Notes under the pieces: model-generated
The model's input: only the letters and a program-made list of their open reading frames with translations
What the model was told of the DNA's origin: nothing
The model's database searches: none
Translations under genes and position numbers: made by a program
In this document: positions 41,148-50,276 of the stretch, piece by piece
Layout of the letters: each line of letters begins with the position of its first letter
How positions within the stretch are numbered: position 1 is the first letter of the stretch
Origin: Candidatus Heimdallarchaeota archaeon
GTDB taxonomy: Archaea > Asgardarchaeota > Heimdallarchaeia > JABLTI01
Length of the DNA: 64,000 bases
Assembly (NCBI GenBank): GCA_018238155.1
Contig: JABCTZ010000025.1
Location: forward strand, 50,780 to 114,779
Direction of reading: 5' to 3'

Positions 41148-42119
41148 TCACTTATTTCGTTTTACTCGTGCAATAACAGCAATTAATCCTATAGCCGGAA
41201 TAATCGCTAGCAAAGCAAAATTTCCAGTTAAAGATTTAAGAGAACCAAGAATCATCGTTGAAGTTATTGTAACATGCGTAATAAGATCATCATAAGTAGA
41301 TTGAGTATCTACTTTATAGACTGCTTTTTGTAACACTCCACCCTCAGAGTACGAAAATTCAAGTGAGGTTGTATAAATATCAAAGAGATAATTATTATCA
41401 TATCCTGCTGTAGAATTGTATGTTTGATCATATATTTTTCCAGTGAAATCAAATTTAATGGAAAATTTAGTGGTTGTATCAGTGAATTTGGTTATAGATT
41501 TATTTAAATTATTTTTTACTCCTTGAATATTTATCATAGAAGAATTTCCAAAGACATCGCTCAAAGTATAATTATAGAGAATAGGTTCATATGGATCAGA
41601 TACTGTATCAACAATTTCTGATAGATTGAATAATTCAGCAAAACCAGTATTTATTTCTGCCCAATCAGATTCGATTAATACAAATGGTTCAATGTAAAAA
41701 CCAAATTCATACAATACTGTTTGATTAGTTTCATAATTCCAATCGAATTCAACATTCATTGAAGTATCTAAAGGTAGATTATCCTCAACAAACTCATCTG
41801 CACCATAATTAAGATTTTCACGTAGAAGAGTAGTTGTTGTATCTGAGACATAAGCATCATACTCTTTATCTATTGTATCAATTGCTGTAAGATTATATTT
41901 AATCTCAGTGTCAAATTCCATTTTGTTATAAGAACTTACACCTTCTTTACTATTAATTTTCTCAGTTTCAACTATATATTGTTCAGACCAAATGAAAATC
42001 TCACCTGCATTCCATTCGCGAGTAGCTGCATTGCCACTTGAAATATTGGAGAATAGAAGCGTGAAAGCAATCATATTCAACATCAAAATAATTTGTAATT
42101 TTCGATTCATGAGATACAC
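41148..42119 (-). CDS. Secreted surface protein with C-terminal TM anchor
   Basis: Signal peptide, acidic N-glycosylation-rich body, TM + KRNK. Confidence 0.8.
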   Translation of the reverse strand: MYLMNRKLQIILMLNMIAFTLLFSNISSGNAATREWNAGEIFIWSEQYIVETEKINSKEGVSSYNKMEFDTEIKYNLTAIDTIDKEYDAYVSDTTTTLLRENLNYGADEFVEDNLPLDTSMNVEFDWNYETNQTVLYEFGFYIEPFVLIESDWAEINTGFAELFNLSEIVDTVSDPYEPILYNYTLSDVFGNSSMINIQGVKNNLNKSITKFTDTTTKFSIKFDFTGKIYDQTYNSTAGYDNNYLFDIYTTSLEFSYSEGGVLQKAVYKVDTQSTYDDLITHVTITSTMILGSLKSLTGNFALLAIIPAIGLIAVIARVKRNK

Positions 42120-42477
42120 TCCTCAATACAATAACAGAAGAGAATGTCTATTTAAAGACTTTCCAAACTAAATAATAAAAAGACCTCAAAACTCCTAAAC
42201 GATTTGAATAAGTTTTGTATTCATTAAAAATAGTTTGTTTTTAATTTCAAACATTGAAAAAATTCTAAGTTAAACCAAATGAAAACATTCTAAATAATAA
42301 CAAGGGATGAATTACCGTTCCTTTTTTGATTGCTAGAATAACATTAATTCATATTGAGATTAATTTCATACAAGGAATAAAAAAAAATTTCAATTTTATT
42401 AATAACTCACTTAATTATTCATATTAAGAAAAAAAGATTAAAAGAGATTATGATTAATGTGGAAGATATAATCTCTC

Positions 42478-44265
42478 TTATTTTCTTCTTTTTAGGAAGA
42501 ATACTTGGGTCGCTCCAGTCAGAGCGAGGATACTCAAAACAATACCTAATCCAATGCCACCAGTTTTTGTAATAGTAACATCGAAGCCAGCATCTTTCAT
42601 ATGTTGTAAAGCTAAGTCAATATTGAATTCGTAGAATGGTAAATCTTCGTCAAAACCAACAGAGGCTTTAGGCCAGTGAGTTACTCCAGGAATACCTAAA
42701 CCTTCGAGGATTTCTTCACAGATGATTTCACGAGGAATCATATGACTAATTGCTTTGCGAACATGTTTGCCTGATTCTGCACCTGCAATTGGGCAAAGAC
42801 TTCCAGTACCAAGATAGGAATGATACATATTGATAGCCATTTCTTGGTTTCCAGGATCATCAACTAAAGTATAGGTTGCACTTGCAATATTCATTTCACT
42901 GATCATTGCTTTGAAGTTGTAATCTACCATATCAATTACACCAGATGCAAGAGCTGATAATCCACCTTCTTTTGAACCGTAGAACTCAAAGAAAACATCG
43001 TCAAATTTTGGATCTGCACCATACCAGTCTGCAAAATATTCATTGCTCTTTAGATGGATAACTTGGTTTGTTGGGTCATAATCATGTAAGTAATATGGTC
43101 CAGAACCAACAAAATTCTCTGGATGGTCTACAGCCCATGAAACAGCTTGTGCAGCATGATCTGCAGGAGCAATAGAACCCCAAATGTGTTCTGGGAGTAA
43201 ATAGCCGGCTAAATTGCTTTCTTGGAAAACGTATGTACGTAAGAATTCGATTGTAAATTCAGTGTCACTGATTTTGGTAATAGAGCTATTGTCCCAGTAA
43301 AGGGTATTAAATGAATAAGTAGTGTGTCCCAATGATGCGGTAACGCCCAACTTATAAGAATAGATAACATCATCAACTGTGATAGCTGTACCATCAGACC
43401 ATTTGGCATCAGGATTAATGTTAACTGAATAAGTTAAACCATCTGTGCTGCTAAAATCAGTAGCAATTCTAGGACCGTATGCGTAATTATTTGTTGGATC
43501 TCTTTGGATCAATCCATTGTAGATTTGTGTTAGCCATTGAGCGTCATAAACTGATTCATATAATAATGGATGGAAGTCTTCAAAGTCTGCGGGAGTAGCA
43601 TAATGAAATTCTGTTTCACCGGCAATTTCCCATTTTTCCATTGGTTGGTACTCTGAAGCCCAGAGAAGTGGATCCCAACCGCTTAAATCTTCTGTGTGTG
43701 GGAAGAGGGAAGTTTCGTACACTATTGCAATACTTGGTTGATCTTCAAGAAGTAAAGCTTGGATTTCTTTTGCATAATCCATTCTGTCCGCAAAAACGAA
43801 TGCTTGAGAATAGTTGCCGATAAGATTATCCATTTCTGTGTTTTCGTATTGGTAAAAATTATCACCTGAAGGGGTTAAGCCATCAGATGTAAAAACTCCT
43901 TGTGGATCAAAATCAAGTCCCCAACCGTTTCCTACAAATAAAATGTCAAATCCGCCCTCGGCATAATTTGGCACTGGATAAGGTCCTGGGTGTCCCCAAG
44001 TTCGAGGACTTATTTGTGCCCATCCGGTGTGGTCAAAAACATCTATTTCAATACCAATCTTAGGTAGTTGTTCTACCATGAGAGTTGCCCATTGATTTCT
44101 CGCTGGATTGGTATTTGGCGCTAAAATACTGATACTAAAGAATGGTCCTGGATTAGCTGCTTGTGTTTGAGTGGTCAAAAATGGTGTTACACTTAAACAT
44201 AATAAAATTGCTAAGGGAAGGATCATTCGTTTTATATCTGTCTTGATTAGTTTTATTTTTTTCAC
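42478..44265 (-). CDS. Family 5 (peptide/nickel) ABC substrate-binding protein, circularly permuted, C-terminal TM
   Basis: KWSDGTAITVDDV, VGSGPY, VRKAISH motifs; likely start GTG 44265 or ATG 44226. Confidence 0.9.
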   Translation of the reverse strand: MKKIKLIKTDIKRMILPLAILLCLSVTPFLTTQTQAANPGPFFSISILAPNTNPARNQWATLMVEQLPKIGIEIDVFDHTGWAQISPRTWGHPGPYPVPNYAEGGFDILFVGNGWGLDFDPQGVFTSDGLTPSGDNFYQYENTEMDNLIGNYSQAFVFADRMDYAKEIQALLLEDQPSIAIVYETSLFPHTEDLSGWDPLLWASEYQPMEKWEIAGETEFHYATPADFEDFHPLLYESVYDAQWLTQIYNGLIQRDPTNNYAYGPRIATDFSSTDGLTYSVNINPDAKWSDGTAITVDDVIYSYKLGVTASLGHTTYSFNTLYWDNSSITKISDTEFTIEFLRTYVFQESNLAGYLLPEHIWGSIAPADHAAQAVSWAVDHPENFVGSGPYYLHDYDPTNQVIHLKSNEYFADWYGADPKFDDVFFEFYGSKEGGLSALASGVIDMVDYNFKAMISEMNIASATYTLVDDPGNQEMAINMYHSYLGTGSLCPIAGAESGKHVRKAISHMIPREIICEEILEGLGIPGVTHWPKASVGFDEDLPFYEFNIDLALQHMKDAGFDVTITKTGGIGLGIVLSILALTGATQVFFLKRRK

Positions 44266-44297
44266 CCTAATAATAGTCTTGGTCTCATGACCAGAGG

Positions 44298-44410
44298 TTC
44301 TCATGTAGAGAACCATAGAAGGTATTCTCATATAGATATTTAAATGTGTTACACAAATCTGAGAATAAATGGACAAATATTTGAGAATAGAATTCCCACA
44401 ATATTGAGAA
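44298..44410. promoter_or_regulatory. Array of TTCTCA/TGAGAA half-sites upstream of the substrate-binding protein gene
   Basis: TTCTCA at 44298 and 44325; TGAGAA at 44360, 44382, 44405; TTCCCA-N6-TGAGAA at 44393-44410. Confidence 0.65.
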
Positions 44411-44667
44411 ATGTCTGATTCGTTATAAAGAAAACTCTTCTTTTTTTGAAAAAAAGCTCATTTAAAGATTAAACATTTAAGTTCAAATTGATACACTGCA
44501 TAAAAACAAATAGCAGTTAAGTATTGATAATTTTAAGTTTCAAAAAAACGCTCTTAACATCAAGAAATTGGTGATATTAGAGCGGTATTTCTAGAGAGAA
44601 AAGAAGATTTAATTATTTAAGCAGAAATTTAAACAAAGTACTCAGTTGAAACTTTGGAGTTCATTTA

Positions 44668-45315
44668 ATGGAATCACAAGATTTAGTTACGTTTAAACCA
44701 ACAATTATTAAAATGGTTGATGCAAAAACATTTGGTGCTTTTACGGATGAACACCTGACGGCAGTACTGGGTTTTCTCAGAATTTCGAATTCAATGACTA
44801 TAACCGATTTGGCTTTGGCGTTTAAGAATCAAGGGATTATCAAATCAGAATCTACAATTTACAGGTACATTCAAAAATTAATTGAAAAAGATTTAGTAAC
44901 GAAATCGGGTAAACGTATTACAAGTACAAGTCCTGAAGAAGTTAGAAGTGAAACGCTCTATTGTCGTACTGCCCGTGTTTTTATTGAAAAGTCAAGCATT
45001 TTAGACCTTGTTGAAGATCAACAGGATATATCGTGCAATATTTGTAATTTAAGTGCACAATTATTACAACAGCTTTTCTCTAAAAACAATTTATCCTCAA
45101 AATGTTTTTCCAGAATAATTGGCAAAATAGAACATCAGAGGATTAAACTATTTACTAAATTAATAGAGACTGCTGATCAATCCGTTCTTGATCAATTTGA
45201 TGATATTAGCTTTGAACAAGTAAAAGAAATCATTAATTTAACAGGTTGGATTGCAACCCTGAAAACAATTGATTTAGAGAATGAATTAGCTGAATGTACT
45301 AAAAGTAAAAAATAA
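44668..45315 (+). CDS. ArsR-like winged-helix regulator
   Basis: KSESTIYRYIQKLIEKDLVTKSGKR..ETLYCRTARVF. Confidence 0.85.
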   Translation: MESQDLVTFKPTIIKMVDAKTFGAFTDEHLTAVLGFLRISNSMTITDLALAFKNQGIIKSESTIYRYIQKLIEKDLVTKSGKRITSTSPEEVRSETLYCRTARVFIEKSSILDLVEDQQDISCNICNLSAQLLQQLFSKNNLSSKCFSRIIGKIEHQRIKLFTKLIETADQSVLDQFDDISFEQVKEIINLTGWIATLKTIDLENELAECTKSKK

Positions 45316-45428
45316 TGTTCTTTATTTCAAAAGTCATTTCATTCATTCAATAAAATATCAAAAACACATTTGTAGATGATAATATGTTCAAAACAGAAAT
45401 AACCCTTACTACCTGAGTAGCAAGGACT

Positions 45429-45539
45429 TTAGATATAATCATAACAATAATCCTCAAACATTAAAATGAATACTGTTTTTTCGTCTTCACTTCGTTTTGT
45501 ATTTGAGTTCTTTTTCTTCTTTTCATTATTTTGTTTCAT
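45429..45539 (-). CDS. Small ORF 3 (36 aa, MKQNNEKKKKNSNTKRSEDEKTVFILMFEDYCYDYI)
   Basis: GGAGATGA SD-like motif 7 nt upstream of the ATG. Confidence 0.45.
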   Translation of the reverse strand: MKQNNEKKKKNSNTKRSEDEKTVFILMFEDYCYDYI

Positions 45540-45579
45540 ATTTTTATCATCTCCACAATTTTTTTGTTATCTTATTCAA

Positions 45580-45684
45580 TTATTTGTATTTTACAGTAAT
45601 ACTCTGTATCATTGTTTGTGTCAATCGACTCTTCTGAAGCTGTTTCTTTACATATAATTTCATTTTTTCTCTTTGATCGGTCAT
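45580..45684 (-). CDS. Small ORF 2 (34 aa, MTDQREKMKLYVKKQLQKSRLTQTMIQSITVKYK)
   Basis: Perfect GGAGGTGA SD overlapping the sORF1 stop, 6 nt before the ATG. Confidence 0.55.
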   Translation of the reverse strand: MTDQREKMKLYVKKQLQKSRLTQTMIQSITVKYK

Positions 45685-45690
45685 ATCTTC

Positions 45691-45801
45691 TCACCTCCAA
45701 GAAATGGATCCATGAGCCATGCTAAGGAAATCCATTGCATTAGCTACATCATAGTTCTTTCTGATTTGATTCTCAAGATCTTTTCTTGTCTTAACGTTCA
45801 T
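45691..45801 (-). CDS. Small ORF 1 (36 aa, MNVKTRKDLENQIRKNYDVANAMDFLSMAHGSISWR)
   Basis: AGGCGA SD-like motif; downstream of BRE/TATA-like GAAAACTTATATA (~45873-45885). Confidence 0.5.
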   Translation of the reverse strand: MNVKTRKDLENQIRKNYDVANAMDFLSMAHGSISWR

Positions 45802-45860
45802 TTTAAATCGCCTGTAAATTGCGTTAGGATGTGTTCTTATCCCAACTCATTAAGAAATAA

Positions 45861-45966
45861 TTCTCAATAGACTATATAAGTTTTCTCATTTGGGTGAGAA
45901 GAACATTTATTTTTAATGGAATAATTATTCTAAGTTCTTAAGAAAAATATATAAGTAACTTGAGAA
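45861..45966. promoter_or_regulatory. Divergent promoter with TTCTCA-N6-TGAGAA operator
   Basis: TTCTCAtttgggTGAGAA at 45883-45900; extra half-sites at 45861 and 45961; TATA-like boxes on both strands. Confidence 0.7.
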
Positions 45967-46046
45967 TAGTGTAGCACAGACATTAAGACTGTTTGAATAA
46001 ATAGATAAGTTATGAATAAAATAAGCAAGTAAGGAGCGATGTTTAA

Positions 46047-46682
46047 ATGGTCTCACAAGAAGCAATTACTTACAAACAAAAACCGGTAAAAATAATTAAA
46101 GATCAAAAAACGCTCAAAGTATTTCATGATGAAAATTTAATGATCGTTTTGAAATTTCTAAAAAAGGGACCCTGTTCAATAGCAGATTTAGTTTCTAAAT
46201 TCAAACAATCTAATAATGAAAAATCAGATAAAACCATTTATCGCTATTTACATAAATTGATTCAAGTAAAATTGGTTGCAAAAGCAGGTAAAAGAGTGAC
46301 CTCTAATGAGGATGATGATATTATCAGTGAAACAATTTACATTCGTTCTGCAAAAGCATTCATAACGGTAAACCCAATAGATGACCGTGATTGTAAAGGT
46401 GGTGTTGAGTGTCCTGTATGGGAAGCGATTAGATTATTAGTGGGGCAATTTTTTGACAACAAAGGTGACAAGGAGAGTTTTGCTAAATTAGCAACTAAAT
46501 TGGATCGCGATATAGATAATCTTGTCATTCAGATGTTTGAAAATGCTGATGATGAAACACTCGATAAAATAGTTGATTTAGATTGGTCCGGAATCAATCA
46601 TGTCATGCAATTTGCAGGATGGTTAGCAATGAGCACGAAGATAGACATTCCAAAAGAACTAGAAAAAAGTTACAAGTCATAA
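46047..46682 (+). CDS. ArsR-like winged-helix regulator (paralog of 44668)
   Basis: KSDKTIYRYLHKLIQVKLVAKAGKR..ETIYIRSAKAF. Confidence 0.85.
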   Translation: MVSQEAITYKQKPVKIIKDQKTLKVFHDENLMIVLKFLKKGPCSIADLVSKFKQSNNEKSDKTIYRYLHKLIQVKLVAKAGKRVTSNEDDDIISETIYIRSAKAFITVNPIDDRDCKGGVECPVWEAIRLLVGQFFDNKGDKESFAKLATKLDRDIDNLVIQMFENADDETLDKIVDLDWSGINHVMQFAGWLAMSTKIDIPKELEKSYKS

Positions 46683-46829
46683 TCTCATATGAGATTTTAT
46701 TAAACAAAAACATCACAAAATTTAGCACTAGAACTTGAGAGCGAGGTTTCCCAAGAGTAACTTATCCTTTCTCCTCTCTCTCGAGTTTAATAGTTATTAT
46801 TTCTTCTATACTTATACCAAAAGATAAAC

Positions 46830-47273
46830 CTAAAGATCATCTATAGTAAATGTTGAAAATGGTTTTAATTCTTTCCAAAGATTATAATGGGTATTAAGAA
46901 TACACGCTAAATTGTAATATTCAGTAAACTTTCTTTGTTTGCGAAAGCCAAGGATATTATCAAGTGTTTGAAGTGCAATGACAATTTCCCAACCTGTACG
47001 ATTAGATTTTTCACGCATAAAAACACGGAGGTTCTTAAAAAGAATTTTAGGAGTATCATCTCTATCCGGACCATTAAAATCAGTGATAAGAATTGCACAG
47101 ATACGAGTTAATCTTTGAAGATCAACTTCAGTAGTTACTTGATATCGTTTTCTTAACGTTTCACTTAAATTATATGTTACGCCATCAGGACTTTTCACTG
47201 TGTAAGGTAAGAGCAAAGTTTCTTTTTCTTTATCTTCAATAAATGAACCTGGTTTAAAAACGAGTCTTGCCAT
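46830..47273 (-). CDS. Hypothetical protein (likely start MARLV)
   Basis: Plausible globular ORF; no recognised motif. Confidence 0.6.
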   Translation of the reverse strand: MARLVFKPGSFIEDKEKETLLLPYTVKSPDGVTYNLSETLRKRYQVTTEVDLQRLTRICAILITDFNGPDRDDTPKILFKNLRVFMREKSNRTGWEIVIALQTLDNILGFRKQRKFTEYYNLACILNTHYNLWKELKPFSTFTIDDL

Positions 47274-47587
47274 TGATGATTGAACAATTAAATTCAAATT
47301 TGTTTGCTGTAAATAGTCAATGCCAATTTTGAATTTTTTCTGCCTCTCTCTACGTTTCATAGATAAGTCAGTTAACTGATATATTATAAGAATTCTCTTT
47401 TTTAGCAAGATAATTGGTGAACATTTTAAAAAGAAATTGAAAAAGTTCTTTCCTAACCAATCTTTCCTCTTATCTTCAGACTAAAAGGTATTTTTCACTT
47501 CATATATTGAAGAAAAAACAATGATAAAACTTAATTTTTAAGAAGAAAAACTAATATCTTTTTTGTCTATATTTTATGTGATGTATT

Positions 47588-48100
47588 ATGAAAAAAGGAG
47601 TTAAAATTTCATTAATTGTTGTTCCAATCGTTATTATTGTTATCTTAGGTGCAACATTAGGTGGAACATTACTTTATACGAAGAACAATGTGAGTTACAC
47701 CGTTGGTGATACAACTATATCTAACGATATTACAATCCTATTTACCGGAGGAATATAAACTGACACTCCTCTCGAGATAAATAACAATGGACTGTATAAT
47801 ATCATTGATTTATCAATTACTATTACAATAACAGGGCAAAATTTCACTGAATTAGCAGCTCTTAACGGTATTGTTTTGGGGTTTGGAGCAAATTCTCTAG
47901 GAACTGTTCCAAAAGGGGAATCTTGGTCAGGTATTCTAAAAATAACAATAAATGAAAATATTGCTATTCTTGCAATTCAAGATGGAGAAATGAAAATTAG
48001 TATTGATATTACATTCAAGCTAAATCTAGTTCTACTTAAAACAAATGTAGCATATAATGAAATACAAATCAAAGAATGGGATTCACCTTTTGACCCTTGA
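47588..48100 (+). pseudogene. Membrane-anchored beta-rich (LEA2-like) protein interrupted by one in-frame TAA
   Basis: MKKGVKISLIVV(TM)..GGI*TDTPLEINNNGLYNI continues in frame into ORF 47876-48100; TAA at 47756-47758. Confidence 0.75.
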
Positions 48101-48172
48101 TTTCATTTTATATGAATAAAATATTTGATCAATAAAAAAAATGAGGGTACGGTTGAATTCTTAGCACCCTAT

Positions 48173-49102
48173 CTAAGTAAACTTTTCATACCAAACCTTG
48201 ATAACAAATTCAAGCCATTTGGTATGCATATCTCCACCTTCAATCCAACCTTTCTCTTTTCTACCGAAATACTCAGGGAGGTCAGGATGGTTAGCAACTT
48301 CTACCAAAGGAATATTTTGGTTTTTGAGTTGTTTCAAAGCTGAATAAAGTTCCTCAAAATATTTTCTTACTTTGCTGATAAATGCTTTATTAACAACAGT
48401 TCCATGTCCGGTAATGAAATGCTCGACATCTAAAGATTCCCAGTTCTTATAAACATCGATTACTAATGGATCAAAGACATATTGAGCATAGCTGGATACA
48501 ATATTGTCGCCTGTGCAAACAAGTTTCTCTTTAGCAGAATAAATATAGGATGAATCTTTGGAATGACCACCTGTCACTTTTATTACCAGTTCATGCCCTT
48601 TTGGTCCAATAATCATTTCATCTTCAACAGGAGTATTCGGTAAAAACCACAAACCATTTTTTATCGTTGAAACAATTTCAGCTGAGTCCGAGTACTCTTC
48701 AGCATTTTTAGCTAATTGAATATGAATGTCTTCTGGAGGACTATTTACGTCCGGTTTTATAATTTCAATGCCGATTTTAGGAGCGACGATTTTAATGTCT
48801 TTGAAAACTTCCATAGCCATAAAATGATCTTCGTGCATGTGTGTTAAAATAAGGTGAGAAACTTTTTTAGCAAAATGTTTCTCCATATCTTCTCTAAATT
48901 CCTTTGCAAAAGCAATGTTCATCCCACAGTCAACAAAAACCAATTCACCTGGTAAAGAAATACACGTCATTAGTGAAGTATTAGCAGGACGTAGATCTCC
49001 TCTAAATTCTTTTCGAGTAGCTAAAGTTGTAAAGACGTTTTCTGTTACTTGAATATATTTTTCTTTCATTTCAGTCATTTCTAATTTCCTCTTAAATAGC
49101 AT
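48173..49102 (-). CDS. MBL-fold metallo-hydrolase
   Basis: THMHEDH, GGHS, TGD, TGHG. Confidence 0.9.
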   Translation of the reverse strand: MLFKRKLEMTEMKEKYIQVTENVFTTLATRKEFRGDLRPANTSLMTCISLPGELVFVDCGMNIAFAKEFREDMEKHFAKKVSHLILTHMHEDHFMAMEVFKDIKIVAPKIGIEIIKPDVNSPPEDIHIQLAKNAEEYSDSAEIVSTIKNGLWFLPNTPVEDEMIIGPKGHELVIKVTGGHSKDSSYIYSAKEKLVCTGDNIVSSYAQYVFDPLVIDVYKNWESLDVEHFITGHGTVVNKAFISKVRKYFEELYSALKQLKNQNIPLVEVANHPDLPEYFGRKEKGWIEGGDMHTKWLEFVIKVWYEKFT

Positions 49103-49235
49103 ATTACAGTATAGTTGAATATTTTTAAGGATTTCATTTAATTTCTAAACTAAATATCTATTATTAACGCTCAAAAAATTGCTATAAACATAAAAAACTA
49201 TTTTTATACTCAATATAATCTAACCAAAAAACATT

Positions 49236-50009
49236 TTGATAGATAATCATATTGACAATTGTTTATATTGCTTTATAGGAATTATAGAAACGGTGGAAAA
49301 ATTGGATAAAGAAATCAACTTACTAATTACTAATTTAAAATCTAATGATGTTGAGACTCGTCGAGATGCAGCTTGGAAAATTAAAGAATTTGCTGAAACA
49401 AATGCCAGAGATTTACAAGATATTATTCCATTTTTAGTAGAAGCATTGCTAAATGATGACTGGGTCATTCGTAAAATGGTCTTATTAGCTTTGGGAAAAT
49501 TAGAAGCAAAATCAGAATGTTCTAAGGTAATTTCTATACTTAATAATGACAAGAACGGAGAGGTTCGAGCTGCCGCAGCTGAAATTCTTACTCATATGGA
49601 AATTGAAGAAGCAATTCCGTATTTAATTAAAGCCTTAAAAGACTCTGAAAGAGTGGTTTTCGAAGTAGCTATCTGGGGTCTTGGTTCTTTTGGTGAAAAA
49701 GCAAAAGCTGCAGTACCAATGTTAATTGAATTATTATCTATTAAAACTAAGGGAATAGTATCCATTAATGCTCTTGCTGCTTGGGCTCTAGGAGAAATTG
49801 GTGATACATCAGCAATCGAACCACTAACACAAGCTCTAAAAAAGGTAACTTTTTTGGAAGAACAATTCAAAATTGCTTTTGCAATTGCTCAACTCGAAGA
49901 AGGTATTGGTTTTGGCACAGAAGAATTGCAACAATTACAAACTAGTGGTAAACTAATGCAACCAGATGTTGATCTTATTGATGAACTCATTCAGAGTAAA
50001 ATGAAATGA
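49236..50009 (+). CDS. HEAT/PBS-lyase repeat protein
   Basis: VRAAAAEIL, AAWALGEIGD repeats. Confidence 0.85.
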   Translation: MIDNHIDNCLYCFIGIIETVEKLDKEINLLITNLKSNDVETRRDAAWKIKEFAETNARDLQDIIPFLVEALLNDDWVIRKMVLLALGKLEAKSECSKVISILNNDKNGEVRAAAAEILTHMEIEEAIPYLIKALKDSERVVFEVAIWGLGSFGEKAKAAVPMLIELLSIKTKGIVSINALAAWALGEIGDTSAIEPLTQALKKVTFLEEQFKIAFAIAQLEEGIGFGTEELQQLQTSGKLMQPDVDLIDELIQSKMK

Positions 50010-50276
50010 TTAGATGATTTTACATCGTAGCCCAATAATGTCTTCGTAAGACAAGAGAAGCGTTCAGTATATTGCACATCACAATCCAAGGCTATACTTC
50101 TTCTACCTGCGACAACGTTCTCTTCTTCACCTTTCCAACCATAAGTTTCAGCATAACATATAGTGACAACTCTATTTTTTTCAATCGAACAAGATACATC
50201 CACATACATTGAAGGTTTTAAAATAAATATGTCTAACAATGTGAAAATAAACAAACTAGAAGCATTAAAATGGAAT

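Noticed and set aside
45466-45870. Plus-strand 63-aa and 65-aa ORFs
   Set aside because: Phe-rich antisense of the minus-strand micro-ORFs; no SD motifs
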